Shown here piece by piece: positions 1-8,033 of a stretch of DNA of 32,000 bases (position 1 is its first letter; each line of letters begins with the position of its first letter). The notes beneath the pieces were generated by a model, which was not told the origin of the DNA, ran no database searches, and saw nothing but the letters and a program-made list of their open reading frames with translations. This DNA is from Thermodesulfobacterium commune DSM 2178. Lineage in GTDB: Bacteria; Desulfobacterota; Thermodesulfobacteria; Thermodesulfobacteriales; Thermodesulfobacteriaceae. A program made the position numbers and the translations under genes. Location of the stretch: the NCBI RefSeq assembly GCF_000734015.1, contig NZ_CP008796.1, positions 390,001 through 422,000 on the forward strand, in the 5' to 3' direction.

Positions 1-1058
1 AATTGAGTTTCGCTTAGTATGTCTATCTTCCATCCTACAAGTTTAGAGGCAAGTTTAACGTTTTCTCCCTTTTTTCCTATGGCAAGAGAAAGTTGATCAT
101 CAGGCACTACTACCTCTAAAAGTTTATTTTTTTCATCTACTATTACTTTACTACACTCTGCTGGAGCTAAAGCATTGTAGACAAACTTGGCTGGGTCTGG
201 ATCCCATAGTACTACGTCAATCTTTTCTCTATATTCTCTTTTATCTCCTTTTGAGGCAAGGTTTATCTCTTCTAAGATTACCGAAATCCGAGAACCTCTA
301 ACCCCAATGCAAGCCCCTACAGGGTCCACATGCGGGTTGGTAGAGGTAACAGCAATTTTAGTCCTTGAACCAGGTTCTCTGGCTACAGCTACTATCTTTA
401 CAATCCCTTCTTGTATTTCAGGGACCTCTTTCTCAAACAGCTTTTTCACAAAAGCAGGATGAGAACGGGAGACCACCAATTGAGGTTCCTGTTGCCTGTA
501 AACCTCTATCAATAGCGCTTTTAGACGAGTTCCTCTGATGTATTTTTCTCCTGGGACTTGTTCTTCTTCAGGTAAAAGGGCTTCAGCCCTACCCACAGAA
601 AGGATCACTCCTCTTTTATCAAACCTGTGGACATAACCACTTACAATATCTCCCAGCTTATGTTTAAACTCTTCATATACGACCTGCTTTTCTGCTAACC
701 TTACCTTTTGAGAAAAGAGTTGTTTGACTATTTGGGCAGCAATCCTTCCAAGTTCTTGAAGTTCTATCTTTTCTCCTATCAAGTCTCCTATCTTTGCATC
801 TAATCCCATTTTTTGTAGCTCTTCTAAAGACACCTCAGTTTCAGGGTTAGAAACCTGAGATACCACTTCTTTTAATCTATAAATTTCGATCGTTCCGTTT
901 TCCTCGTTGTACTTTACCTCAATCTTGACTTTACTACCAAACTTTTTCTTGGCTGCAGTTTTTACCCCTTCAAGCAAAGCTTCAATCAAAATTTCTTTAG
1001 AAAGCCCTTTTTCTTTACTTAAAGCTTCTATAACTTTTTTTAGTTCTCCTTGTTGCAT
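1..1058 (-). CDS. nusA: Transcription termination/antitermination factor NusA, N-terminal ~352 codons (3' end runs off the left window edge)
   Basis: Absent from the ORF track because it is open at the edge. My reverse-strand translation from the ATG (complement of 1056-1058) reads MQQGELKKVIEALSKEKGLSKEILIEALLEGV..., then ...GEKYIRGTRLKALLIEV... (S1-like), ...VDPVGACIGVRGSRI... and ...LAIGKKGENVKLASKLVGWKIDI... (KH-like). AAGGAG lies 9 nt upstream. It follows rimP as in the conserved rimP-nusA operon. Confidence 0.9.
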   Translation of the reverse strand, partial: MQQGELKKVIEALSKEKGLSKEILIEALLEGVKTAAKKKFGSKVKIEVKYNEENGTIEIYRLKEVVSQVSNPETEVSLEELQKMGLDAKIGDLIGEKIELQELGRIAAQIVKQLFSQKVRLAEKQVVYEEFKHKLGDIVSGYVHRFDKRGVILSVGRAEALLPEEEQVPGEKYIRGTRLKALLIEVYRQQEPQLVVSRSHPAFVKKLFEKEVPEIQEGIVKIVAVAREPGSRTKIAVTSTNPHVDPVGACIGVRGSRISVILEEINLASKGDKREYREKIDVVLWDPDPAKFVYNALAPAECSKVIVDEKNKLLEVVVPDDQLSLAIGKKGENVKLASKLVGWKIDILSETQ

Positions 1059-1074
1059 AAAGGTATGCTCCTTT

Positions 1075-1542
1075 TTAAAATTTTAACTCTGGTTGAAGAT
1101 TAGCTTTTTTAATCTCACCTAAAGGCAATCTCCAAACCTTTTGATCTACCTCTAACAACAAAAATTCTTCTTCAATCCCTAAAATAATGCCTGAAAAATT
1201 TTTTCTTCCTTCTAAAGGAGTTTTTAAAACTACTTTAGCCTTTTCTCCACGAAACCTTTCAAAATCTTCCTTTTTTACCAGTGGCCTCTCAATTCCAGGA
1301 GAAGAAACTTCTAAGTTATAAGAATGGTGAATAAGGTCTTCTTTATCTAAAATTTTACCTACTATTTCACTAATCTTAGCGCAATCTCCTATGGTAACTC
1401 CACCAGGTTTGTCGATAAACAACCTTAAAACCCAACCTGTTCTTTCTCTTTTCCATTCAAGGTCTACAAGCTCTATCCCCTTTTTTAAGATAGGGGTCTC
1501 AATAAGCTCTCTAATTTTTTCTTTTAAGTCCTTTTCTATCAT
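1075..1542 (-). CDS. rimP: Ribosome maturation factor RimP
   Basis: 155-aa ORF. ...LVDLEWKRERTGWVLRLFIDKPGGVTIGDCAKISE... and ...YNLEVSSPGIERPL... fit the RimP signature. It sits 16 nt upstream of nusA. Confidence 0.9.
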   Translation of the reverse strand: MIEKDLKEKIRELIETPILKKGIELVDLEWKRERTGWVLRLFIDKPGGVTIGDCAKISEIVGKILDKEDLIHHSYNLEVSSPGIERPLVKKEDFERFRGEKAKVVLKTPLEGRKNFSGIILGIEEEFLLLEVDQKVWRLPLGEIKKANLQPELKF

Positions 1543-1565
1543 TTTGCCCTTAAAAATAAAATAAG

Positions 1566-1637
1566 AGCGGGCGACGGGATTCGAACCCGCGACCCCCAGC
1601 TTGGGAAGCTGGTGCTCTACCCCTGAGCTACGCCCGC
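1566..1637 (-). tRNA. tRNA-Gly (anticodon CCC)
   Basis: Reverse strand reads GCGGGCGTAGCTCAGGGGTAGAGCACCAGCTTCCCAAGCTGGGGGTCGCGGGTTCGAATCCCGTCGCCCGCT. Acceptor stem is GCGGGCG/CGCCCGC. Anticodon stem CCAGC/GCTGG carries loop TTCCCAA. T-loop is TTCGAAT. CCA is not encoded. Confidence 0.9.
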
Positions 1638-1652
1638 TTTTTATAAGATAAA

Positions 1653-1680
1653 ATTATAAATTATTTCTTCAGTTTGGCAA
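1653..1680 (-). promoter_or_regulatory. Sigma-70-type promoter candidate for tRNA-Gly (and possibly rimP-nusA)
   Basis: Reverse strand reads TTGCCA-N16-TATAAT. The -10 element ends 15 nt before the mature tRNA 5' end. Confidence 0.4.
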
Positions 1681-1750
1681 GGTTGTTTTTTATTAAGTTT
1701 GTATAATCTACTTGAAAAAAGGAGCATTACTTTTAAAATCAAATATGTAG

Positions 1751-3724
1751 ATGAAAAAAATCAAATTCATTTTTAAAAATCTAAGTTTAAGTACAAAGTT
1801 TACCTTGTATCTTCTGTTTGTTATTACTCTTTTCTGTTTTCTTTTTTCTACGATAATTTATTATTTTTTAAAAAATCAAGCAATGGAAGAGGCAAGAAGA
1901 GAAGCTGAACTCTTAATTACTCAAATAGATGCCTTAGGTGATTATGTAAAAGAAGAGTTAAGACCTTCTCTTTTTAGATTTTTTAAAGAATCAAACATAA
2001 AAGAAGATTTTATTTTAGAAGCCATGTCTACCACTCATATTAGGACAAAAGTAATGCGAAGGTTTAAAACTAAGTTTGTTGATTATGATTATAGAAGGGT
2101 TTCTCTAAAACCTATAAATCCACAGCATTTACCTAACGATTTTGAAAGAAAAATTTTAAAAAATTTTATGCAGAATCCTGAGATTAAACGTTGGGAAAAT
2201 ATTGTAGATTTCAACAAAGATAAATATCTTGTGGTTATAAAACCTATCCATGTGGAAAAAGAATGCCTTGTATGTCATGGTAAAACAAAAGACGCTCCCA
2301 AAAGTCTTCTTAAGATTTATCCACGAAAAGAAGATTTTCACTGGAAGGTTGGGGATTTGATGGGATTAGAGGCTATTTATGTACCTCTTGAAAGATGGTT
2401 GTTAGAAATAAAACATATCGCTATTACCACTTTTATTTCTGGAATGTTAACCGTTATTTTGTTGTTGATCACCATAGAAGGAGTTTTTTGGACTATAGTA
2501 GGTAAACCTATAAAAAAACTTACAGTCCATTTTAGAAATATCATTTCAGGAAATGTTCCTTTAAGCCAGAGGTTAGAAGTAGAAAGGGGAGACGAAATAG
2601 GAGAACTTCTTCAATCTTTTAATCAGTTGGCTAATCATCTTTTTGAGGCACAAGAAGCTATCAAAACCTATGCTCAAACCTTACAAACTATATTTAACCA
2701 CATAACAGACCCTTTAGCGTTGGTTAATTTAAACTGTAAAGTAGAGGTTAGTAATAGAGCCTATCAAGAATGGATAAGTCAAAAAAAGGGACCAGTTTTT
2801 AATACAGAATGTGATCCACTTAAAGCAGACCAAAATAAAACCTGCCCTATAGCTTTGATAAGAAGGGTGATTGAAACTCAACAACCTGTTTCAGAGTATA
2901 TCAGCTCAACTGAAGGAGGTTATTACTATACCCATCTCTATCCGGTATTCGATCAAACCGGTAAAGTTATAAAGGTAGTTCACTATGTAGAAGATGTGAC
3001 AGAAAAAAAGAAAATAGAAGAACAGATGGCTATTACTGAAAAATTGGCTGCTATAGGGCAACTTGCCGCAGGCATAGCTCATGAAATAAACAACCCTTTA
3101 GGTGGTATTATTTTGTGTTTAAATAATATCCTTAAAACTTCTATGGATGAGAAAACCAAAAATCAACATATAGAACTTATAAACCAGGGATTGTCCCGTA
3201 TTCAAAATATAATAAAGGTATTACTTGATTTTTCTCGGACAACAGAGCTAAATCTTAGAGTTTGTGAGATTAAAGACTTGATAGAAAATGTTTTAAAATT
3301 GATAAATTATTATTTAAAAGAAAAAAATATAAAACTAAAAATAGAATTAGAACAAAAATTAAGTCCAGTTTATTTAGATTCGAACAAAATCGAACAAGTT
3401 TTACTTAACCTGATTTTAAACGCGGTAGATGCTATGGAAAATTCTGAAGAAAAAGTTTTAACCATAAAAGTTTATCATAAAGATGGTAAAATGTTTATTG
3501 AGGTGTCAGATACAGGTTCAGGTATCCCGCCACATGTAGCAGAAAAAGTTTTTGATCCCTTTTTTACTACTAAACCTTTGGGTAAAGGCACCGGGCTTGG
3601 TCTCTTTATTTCTAAGTCTATCGTGGAACAACATGGAGGAAAAATATGGTTTACTACCTCTGAAAAAGGAACTACCTTTGTAGTGGAAATACCTTTAGAG
3701 GGGCGAAGGATACATGAAGGGTAG
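1751..3724 (+). CDS. Sensor histidine kinase with an extracytoplasmic CxxCH (haem-c) domain of DUF3365/Tll0287-like type, followed by HAMP, PAS, HisKA and HATPase domains
   Basis: 657 aa. TM1 spans roughly residues 17-40 and TM2 roughly 225-250. ECLVCHGKTKDAP (C172/C175/H176, nt 2264-2278) lies between the TMs. H-box is AHEINNPL. ATP-binding boxes are NLILNAVDAM, DTGSGI and GTGLGL. The gene overlaps the downstream response regulator by 11 nt. Confidence 0.9.
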   Translation: MKKIKFIFKNLSLSTKFTLYLLFVITLFCFLFSTIIYYFLKNQAMEEARREAELLITQIDALGDYVKEELRPSLFRFFKESNIKEDFILEAMSTTHIRTKVMRRFKTKFVDYDYRRVSLKPINPQHLPNDFERKILKNFMQNPEIKRWENIVDFNKDKYLVVIKPIHVEKECLVCHGKTKDAPKSLLKIYPRKEDFHWKVGDLMGLEAIYVPLERWLLEIKHIAITTFISGMLTVILLLITIEGVFWTIVGKPIKKLTVHFRNIISGNVPLSQRLEVERGDEIGELLQSFNQLANHLFEAQEAIKTYAQTLQTIFNHITDPLALVNLNCKVEVSNRAYQEWISQKKGPVFNTECDPLKADQNKTCPIALIRRVIETQQPVSEYISSTEGGYYYTHLYPVFDQTGKVIKVVHYVEDVTEKKKIEEQMAITEKLAAIGQLAAGIAHEINNPLGGIILCLNNILKTSMDEKTKNQHIELINQGLSRIQNIIKVLLDFSRTTELNLRVCEIKDLIENVLKLINYYLKEKNIKLKIELEQKLSPVYLDSNKIEQVLLNLILNAVDAMENSEEKVLTIKVYHKDGKMFIEVSDTGSGIPPHVAEKVFDPFFTTKPLGKGTGLGLFISKSIVEQHGGKIWFTTSEKGTTFVVEIPLEGRRIHEG

Positions 3725-5099
3725 AATACTGATAGTAGACGATGAACCGATAATTTTGTTTGGTTTATCTCATTATCTTAAGGATCAGGGGTTTGAAGTA
3801 GATACCTGTGAGAAGGGAGAAGAGGCTTTAAAGAAAATAGAAGAACAGAAATTTGATCTATGCATCCTTGATCTTAAACTTCCCGACATAGACGGTATCT
3901 CTTTACTTAAGAAAATTAAAGAAAAACAAGAACAAATAGGGATAATAATGATTACTGCCTTTGCTGAGGTTAAAAGTGCGGTACAGGCTATAAAAGAAGG
4001 AGCTTTTGATTACTTAGCAAAACCTTTTAGTAATGAAGAATTGATGGTTGTAGTTGAAAAGTTTTTTGAGTTTAAAAATTTAAGAAAAGAGGTAAATGAA
4101 CTAAGAGAAAAATTAAGAAAAAAAGAGACTTTAAAACAGATAGTAGGAGAAAGTAAGGCTATAAAAGAGGTAATCAATAAAATAGAGCTTATAGCTAAAA
4201 CAGACGTTCCTGTGCTTATTTTGGGAGAAAGTGGCACAGGAAAAGAGTTGGTAGCAGATTGTATCCAGGCTTTAAGCTTAAGAGCCAAAAACCCTTATCT
4301 TAAAATCAATTGTGCAGCCATTCCTGAAAATCTATTTGAAGCAGAGCTTTTTGGCTATGAAAGAGGGGCTTTTACCGGTGCCCATACTTCCAAAAAAGGT
4401 ATGTTAGAACTGGCTAACAAAGGAACGCTTTTTTTGGATGAAATAGCAGAACTTCCTCAGAACCTACAAGCTAAACTTCTAAGAGTTTTAGAAGACCAAA
4501 CAGTTTATCGATTAGGAGGAGATAAACCTATTAAGGTTGATGTAAGGTTCATCTATGCAACCAGTAAAGACCTAAAACAGTTGGTAAAAGAAGGCAAATT
4601 TAGAGAAGATCTATACTACAGAATAAATGTAATGTCTATAGAAATCCCTCCCCTTAGAGACAGAAAAGAAGATATACCGATCTTGATTAATCATTATTTG
4701 AAATATTTTTCTGAAGAGTTCCAAAGGCCTTTACCTCAGATAACAGAAGAAGCTTTCCAAGCTTTGATAAGATATGATTATCCTGGTAACGTAAGAGAAC
4801 TAAAACATGCCATAGAAAGGGCAGTTTTATTAGCCGTAGACGGCAATATAACTCTAGCCCATCTACCTGAAGAAATAAGCCAGAGTTTTAAATCAGAAAA
4901 AAAAGATGTTTTAGATTATAAACTCGCTAAAGAATCTATAGAAAAAGAATTTATACTTAAAACTTTAATAGAAACCAACTGGAACAAAACCGAAGCAGCC
5001 AAAAAATTAGGTATCAGTAGAAAAACCCTATGGCAAAAACTCAAAAAATTTAACCTTCTTTACCATCACTCAGAGGATGCAATCCAATCAGAAGAGTAG
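3714..5099 (+). CDS. Sigma-54-dependent response regulator (NtrC family: REC, AAA+, Fis-type HTH)
   Basis: 461 aa. REC region is ILIVDDE...LDLKLPDIDG...KP. Walker A is GESGTGKE, the sigma-54 contact loop is GAFTGA, Walker B is GTLFLDEI. Also REDLYYRINV and PPLRDRKEDI. C-terminal HTH is NKTEAAKKLGISRKTLWQKLKK. Confidence 0.93.
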   Translation: MKGRILIVDDEPIILFGLSHYLKDQGFEVDTCEKGEEALKKIEEQKFDLCILDLKLPDIDGISLLKKIKEKQEQIGIIMITAFAEVKSAVQAIKEGAFDYLAKPFSNEELMVVVEKFFEFKNLRKEVNELREKLRKKETLKQIVGESKAIKEVINKIELIAKTDVPVLILGESGTGKELVADCIQALSLRAKNPYLKINCAAIPENLFEAELFGYERGAFTGAHTSKKGMLELANKGTLFLDEIAELPQNLQAKLLRVLEDQTVYRLGGDKPIKVDVRFIYATSKDLKQLVKEGKFREDLYYRINVMSIEIPPLRDRKEDIPILINHYLKYFSEEFQRPLPQITEEAFQALIRYDYPGNVRELKHAIERAVLLAVDGNITLAHLPEEISQSFKSEKKDVLDYKLAKESIEKEFILKTLIETNWNKTEAAKKLGISRKTLWQKLKKFNLLYHHSEDAIQSEE

Positions 5100-5151
5100 C
5101 TCTTAGTTTTTTTAACTTTGAGTTACCCAAAAGAAACACAATCTTCAAAAT

Positions 5152-5171
5152 ATGTTACCATTAGGTAACAT
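5152..5171. promoter_or_regulatory. Perfect 20-bp palindrome, candidate enhancer (UAS) for the adjacent NtrC-type activator
   Basis: ATGTTACC-ATTA-GGTAACAT has 8-bp perfect arms. It lies 82 bp upstream of the -24 GG at 5254-5255. Related half-site-like strings are GTTACC at 5122-5127 and AGGTTATA at 5180-5187. Confidence 0.5.
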
Positions 5172-5252
5172 GCAAAATTAGGTTATAAATTAATAGGGTC
5201 TTAAACTTTAGATTTTTCTACATATTTATAAAAAATAAAATAACAAAATAAT

Positions 5253-5268
5253 TGGTATAGTTTTTGCA
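5253..5268 (+). promoter_or_regulatory. Sigma-54 (-24/-12) promoter
   Basis: TGGTATAGTTTTTGCA has GG (5254-55), N10, GC (5266-67), which is the exact consensus spacing (TGGCAC-N5-TTGCA). It lies 115 nt upstream of the 5383 start codon. Confidence 0.7.
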
Positions 5269-5382
5269 ATTTTTACAACAGAATAAAGACAAATTAGGGG
5301 GGTGAGATTATGAAAAAAGGTTGAAGTTTAAGGAATTGTTTGCCTCTATTTTTAAAAATATTAACAAAAAGGAGGAGGTTAT

Positions 5383-6996
5383 ATGGTAGAAGAGAAAAAG
5401 AAAGGGTTGGTTAATGAAGACTGGTTAGCCTTTTATTTAGCTATTGCTCTAATTATAATTTCTTTCTTATCCTATTTTGGCGTAGATCCTTTTGGTTGGA
5501 CGGTAAAAACCTCAGAATGGGTTTCTCTTGACAAGGCTATAGCACCTCTTAGTAAAGTAGCTATTTCTGGGATAGTATCTTTAATCTTAACCTGGATTTT
5601 TTTAACTGTATTTTTTGCTATTGGAGCAGCTTTTTTGGGGCTTAACGTAGGAAGGTTTATAGTTGGGTTCTTTTTTGTTTTTTGGCTTAGTTATGCATGC
5701 TGGTTGTTAGGACATTATGCCTATTTTGCTGCTACAGACCCAACTAAACACAAAATTCCCTGGTCTCTCAAACTTACCGGGGAAGGTGGACTTATTTTTG
5801 CTTTAATTTTAGGTTTGATTATAGGTAACTTTTTTAGAGGTTTTGCTAATTTTATAAAAGAAGCGGTTTTACCAGAGTTTTATGTTAAGACAGGTATTGG
5901 TTTGATGGGAGCTGTTTTGGGATTAAAATCAGCTGAAGCTTTTGGTCTTGCCTCTGCAGTTCTTTTCAGAGGACTTTGTGCTATAGTTGAGGCTTATCTT
6001 ATTTACTGGGCTCTTGTATATTGGCTTGCAAGAAAATATTTTAAATTTAGTAAAGAGTGGGCAGCTCCTTTAGCTTCAGGTATCTCTATTTGTGGTGTTT
6101 CTGCAGCTATTGCCACAGGAGGTGCCATTAAAGCAAGACCTGTTGTTCCTGTTATGGTTTCTTCTTTAGTAGTTATCTTTGCTGTGATTGAGTTGCTTAT
6201 TTTACCTTTCTTAGCTCGTGAATTTTTATGGCAAGAACCTATGGTTGCTGGTGCTTGGATGGGGCTTGCGGTTAAGACTGATGGAGCAGCTTTTGCCTCT
6301 GGTGCTATAGTGGATGCTTTAATAAGAGGTAAGGCTGAAGCGGTAGCTGGTATTAAGTATGAACCTGGTTGGATCATGATGGCTGCCGCTACCACCAAAC
6401 TTTTCATCGACATTTTTATAAGTATCTGGGCTTTTATTTTAGCTTATATTTGGTGCGCACACATAGAGTGTCAAGAAGGGCAAACAGTTACCGCCAAAGA
6501 GATTTGGCATAGATTCCCCAAATTTGTTTTAGCTTATGCCCTTGGCTTTGTGATTTTCTTGATCATTTCTGCCCCCCATGCTCCTAAGGTAGGAACAGCG
6601 GAACATCAAATAAAAGCTATCCAAAAACAAGTAGAAAAACTTGAAAAACAAGCTGCTACAGCTATCGATCCTGCCATTAAGGAGCAGTTAGCTCAGCAAA
6701 TAGCTACCAAAAAAGCTGAAATTGATGAATTAAAAGCTAGTATAAAAGATTCTAAAAAGATAGTTGACCAAACCAAAACAGCTACTAATGGTTTGAATAA
6801 CTTGAGAACCTTTATGTTTCTCTTTACTTTCTTTACCATCGGTATTATCTCTGACTTCAGAAAACTCTGGGAAGAAGGAATAGGGCGTTTAGCAGTAGTT
6901 TATCTGGTATGTTTGTTTGGATTTATCATCTGGATTGGATTGTTGATTTCTTATATTTTCTTCCATGGGGTAAAACCACCTATAATAGGACAGTAG
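5383..6996 (+). CDS. Polytopic membrane transporter, YeiH/UPF0324 ('putative sulfate exporter') family, with a soluble coiled-coil insertion
   Basis: 537 aa. ...PLASGISICGVSAAIATGGAIKA... and ...AGAWMGLAVKTDGAAFASGA... resemble the two conserved YeiH-family blocks (GTSICGxSA; W.G.s.h...). RBS AAGGAGGAGG precedes the ATG. Residues ~400-475 are a heptad-like charged stretch. Confidence 0.6.
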   Translation: MVEEKKKGLVNEDWLAFYLAIALIIISFLSYFGVDPFGWTVKTSEWVSLDKAIAPLSKVAISGIVSLILTWIFLTVFFAIGAAFLGLNVGRFIVGFFFVFWLSYACWLLGHYAYFAATDPTKHKIPWSLKLTGEGGLIFALILGLIIGNFFRGFANFIKEAVLPEFYVKTGIGLMGAVLGLKSAEAFGLASAVLFRGLCAIVEAYLIYWALVYWLARKYFKFSKEWAAPLASGISICGVSAAIATGGAIKARPVVPVMVSSLVVIFAVIELLILPFLAREFLWQEPMVAGAWMGLAVKTDGAAFASGAIVDALIRGKAEAVAGIKYEPGWIMMAAATTKLFIDIFISIWAFILAYIWCAHIECQEGQTVTAKEIWHRFPKFVLAYALGFVIFLIISAPHAPKVGTAEHQIKAIQKQVEKLEKQAATAIDPAIKEQLAQQIATKKAEIDELKASIKDSKKIVDQTKTATNGLNNLRTFMFLFTFFTIGIISDFRKLWEEGIGRLAVVYLVCLFGFIIWIGLLISYIFFHGVKPPIIGQ

Positions 6997-7030
6997 TCTT
7001 TGGGTGAAAAACTTACTAAAGGAGGTTAGT

Positions 7031-7201
7031 ATGGCAGAAGAAAAAGAAGCAAGGTTGATAGAAGAACTTCAGAAGATGCAATATGATCCATGGTTACCTA
7101 TAGAAAGCAAACTGGTAAAATGGTCTATAAGTTTAGGTATAATCCTTTTGATTATTTTAGTTTGGGTTAGTTATACTTTCTTTCCTTCTTCTCACGGATA
7201 A
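7031..7201 (+). CDS. Small single-pass membrane protein, unknown function, co-transcribed with the transporter
   Basis: Start moved from the track's 7004 to ATG 7031 because AAGGAGG (7018-7024) lies 6 nt upstream. Sequence is MAEEKEARLIEELQKMQYDPWLPIESKLVKWSISLGIILLIILVWVSYTFFPSSHG, with one TM. It is followed by a strong terminator. Confidence 0.55.
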   Translation: MAEEKEARLIEELQKMQYDPWLPIESKLVKWSISLGIILLIILVWVSYTFFPSSHG

Positions 7202-7228
7202 GATTTTAGTTAATATCTAAAAACTTAA

Positions 7229-7267
7229 GCCCTGAGAGGTTTTAGAAGGCCTCTCAGGGCTTTTTTG
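7229..7267 (+). terminator. Rho-independent terminator
   Basis: GCCCTGAGAGG (7229-7239) pairs perfectly with CCTCTCAGGGC (7250-7260). T6 follows at 7261-7266. Confidence 0.85.
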
Positions 7268-7381
7268 TTTAATTTTTAAAGATCTAAAGTATTATCAATC
7301 TCAATTTATATTTTTCTTTTGATATATAACAATTTAGCTATATTATTATTATATAACATACTTTGTATGAGGAGGGTAGTG

Positions 7382-8030
7382 ATGGAAAGGGAATTATTAG
7401 AGAAAATGTTTGAGTTTCATGGACACAAATGCTGGGCGTCAGCTTTAGGGTTAAGGGCTGGGTTGATTGCGTTAAGAGAACTTGGCTCCCCAAGAAGTGG
7501 TGCTAAGACTTTTTATACTATCTTGGAAACTGGATACAATCATGGTGCTGGCTGTTTTGGAGATGGGGTTCAGTATGCCAAGGTTGTACCACAGGAAAAG
7601 GTAATCTTTTAAGGAATCCCAGAGGGAAACTTGCTTTTACTCTAATTGATCCACAAAAAAGGAAACAAATAAGAATAAGTTTTAATCCAAAGATAAGATA
7701 AGAGAACAGATTGCTAAATCAAATTTTATGAAAAAAAGATCTCAGGGAATACCACCTACAGAGATTCCTGAAGAGGACGTATGGGAGGTAGTAAATCTTG
7801 TGCATAATGCCCCAGAGGAAGAAGTTTTATTTATTGGAAAAGTTGAAGACTCAAACTTTGAACCTCCCTTCGAAGTGATGGGGATGGAAGTTTGTGAGAT
7901 ATGTGGAGAGATGGTATCACTACCTTACATCAGATTACTTGGGACAAATAAAGCCTGTTCTACTGGTAACAAAAAGGTTTGTATAGACTGTTCAGGTTAT
8001 GAAGAAGGCTTTGAAAAAAGGAAGGTATGA
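7382..8030 (+). pseudogene. FmdE-domain protein (FmdE-like N-domain plus C-terminal Cys-rich zinc ribbon), broken by two frameshifts
   Basis: Frame 2 gives MERELLEKMFEFHGHKCWASALGLRAG...GAGCFGDGVQYA. Frame 1 (7576-7698) gives CQGCTTGKGNLLRNPRGKLAFTLIDPQKRKQIRISFNPKIR. Frame 0 (7686-8030) gives ...EVCEICGEMV...KVCIDCSGY. The shifts lie near 7578-7585 and 7690-7700 (aagataagataag). AGGAGG lies 5 nt upstream of ATG 7382. Confidence 0.75.
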
Positions 8031-8033
8031 AAA

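Noticed and set aside
187-462. 91-aa ORF on the + strand
   Set aside because: It lies entirely antisense to the well-supported nusA reading frame, has a low-complexity S/T-rich composition and has no RBS.
1674-1707. TTGGCA ... TATAAT on the + strand as a promoter for the sensor kinase gene
   Set aside because: The spacer is 22 nt, far from the 16-18 nt optimum. Only the -10 hexamer is convincing, so no feature was called.
5152-5171. The palindrome read as a terminator of the two-component operon
   Set aside because: The AT-rich 8-bp stem with a 4-nt loop is followed by GCAAAATT, not a U-tract. Its position ~80 bp upstream of a sigma-54 promoter fits an enhancer site better.
5310-5324. Mini-ORF ATG AAA AAA GGT TGA (MKKG) with GGGGGGTGAG upstream, in the 5' leader of the YeiH-family gene
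   Set aside because: Four codons is too short to support from sequence alone. It could be a leader peptide but may equally be chance in a 115-nt AT-rich leader.
6003-6413. 136-aa ORF antisense to the YeiH-family gene. Similar antisense ORFs are at 2156-2341, 4010-4288, 10553-10747, 11399-11794, 12447-12653, 13502-13702, 14320-14649, 15276-15467, 16865-17095, 18193-18441, 20932-21219, 27476-27694, 28113-28316 and 30825-31151.
   Set aside because: All are embedded in and antisense to longer ORFs with clear family signatures. Their A/P/S- or K/S-rich compositions are what mirror frames of such genes produce. None has supporting start or RBS context.
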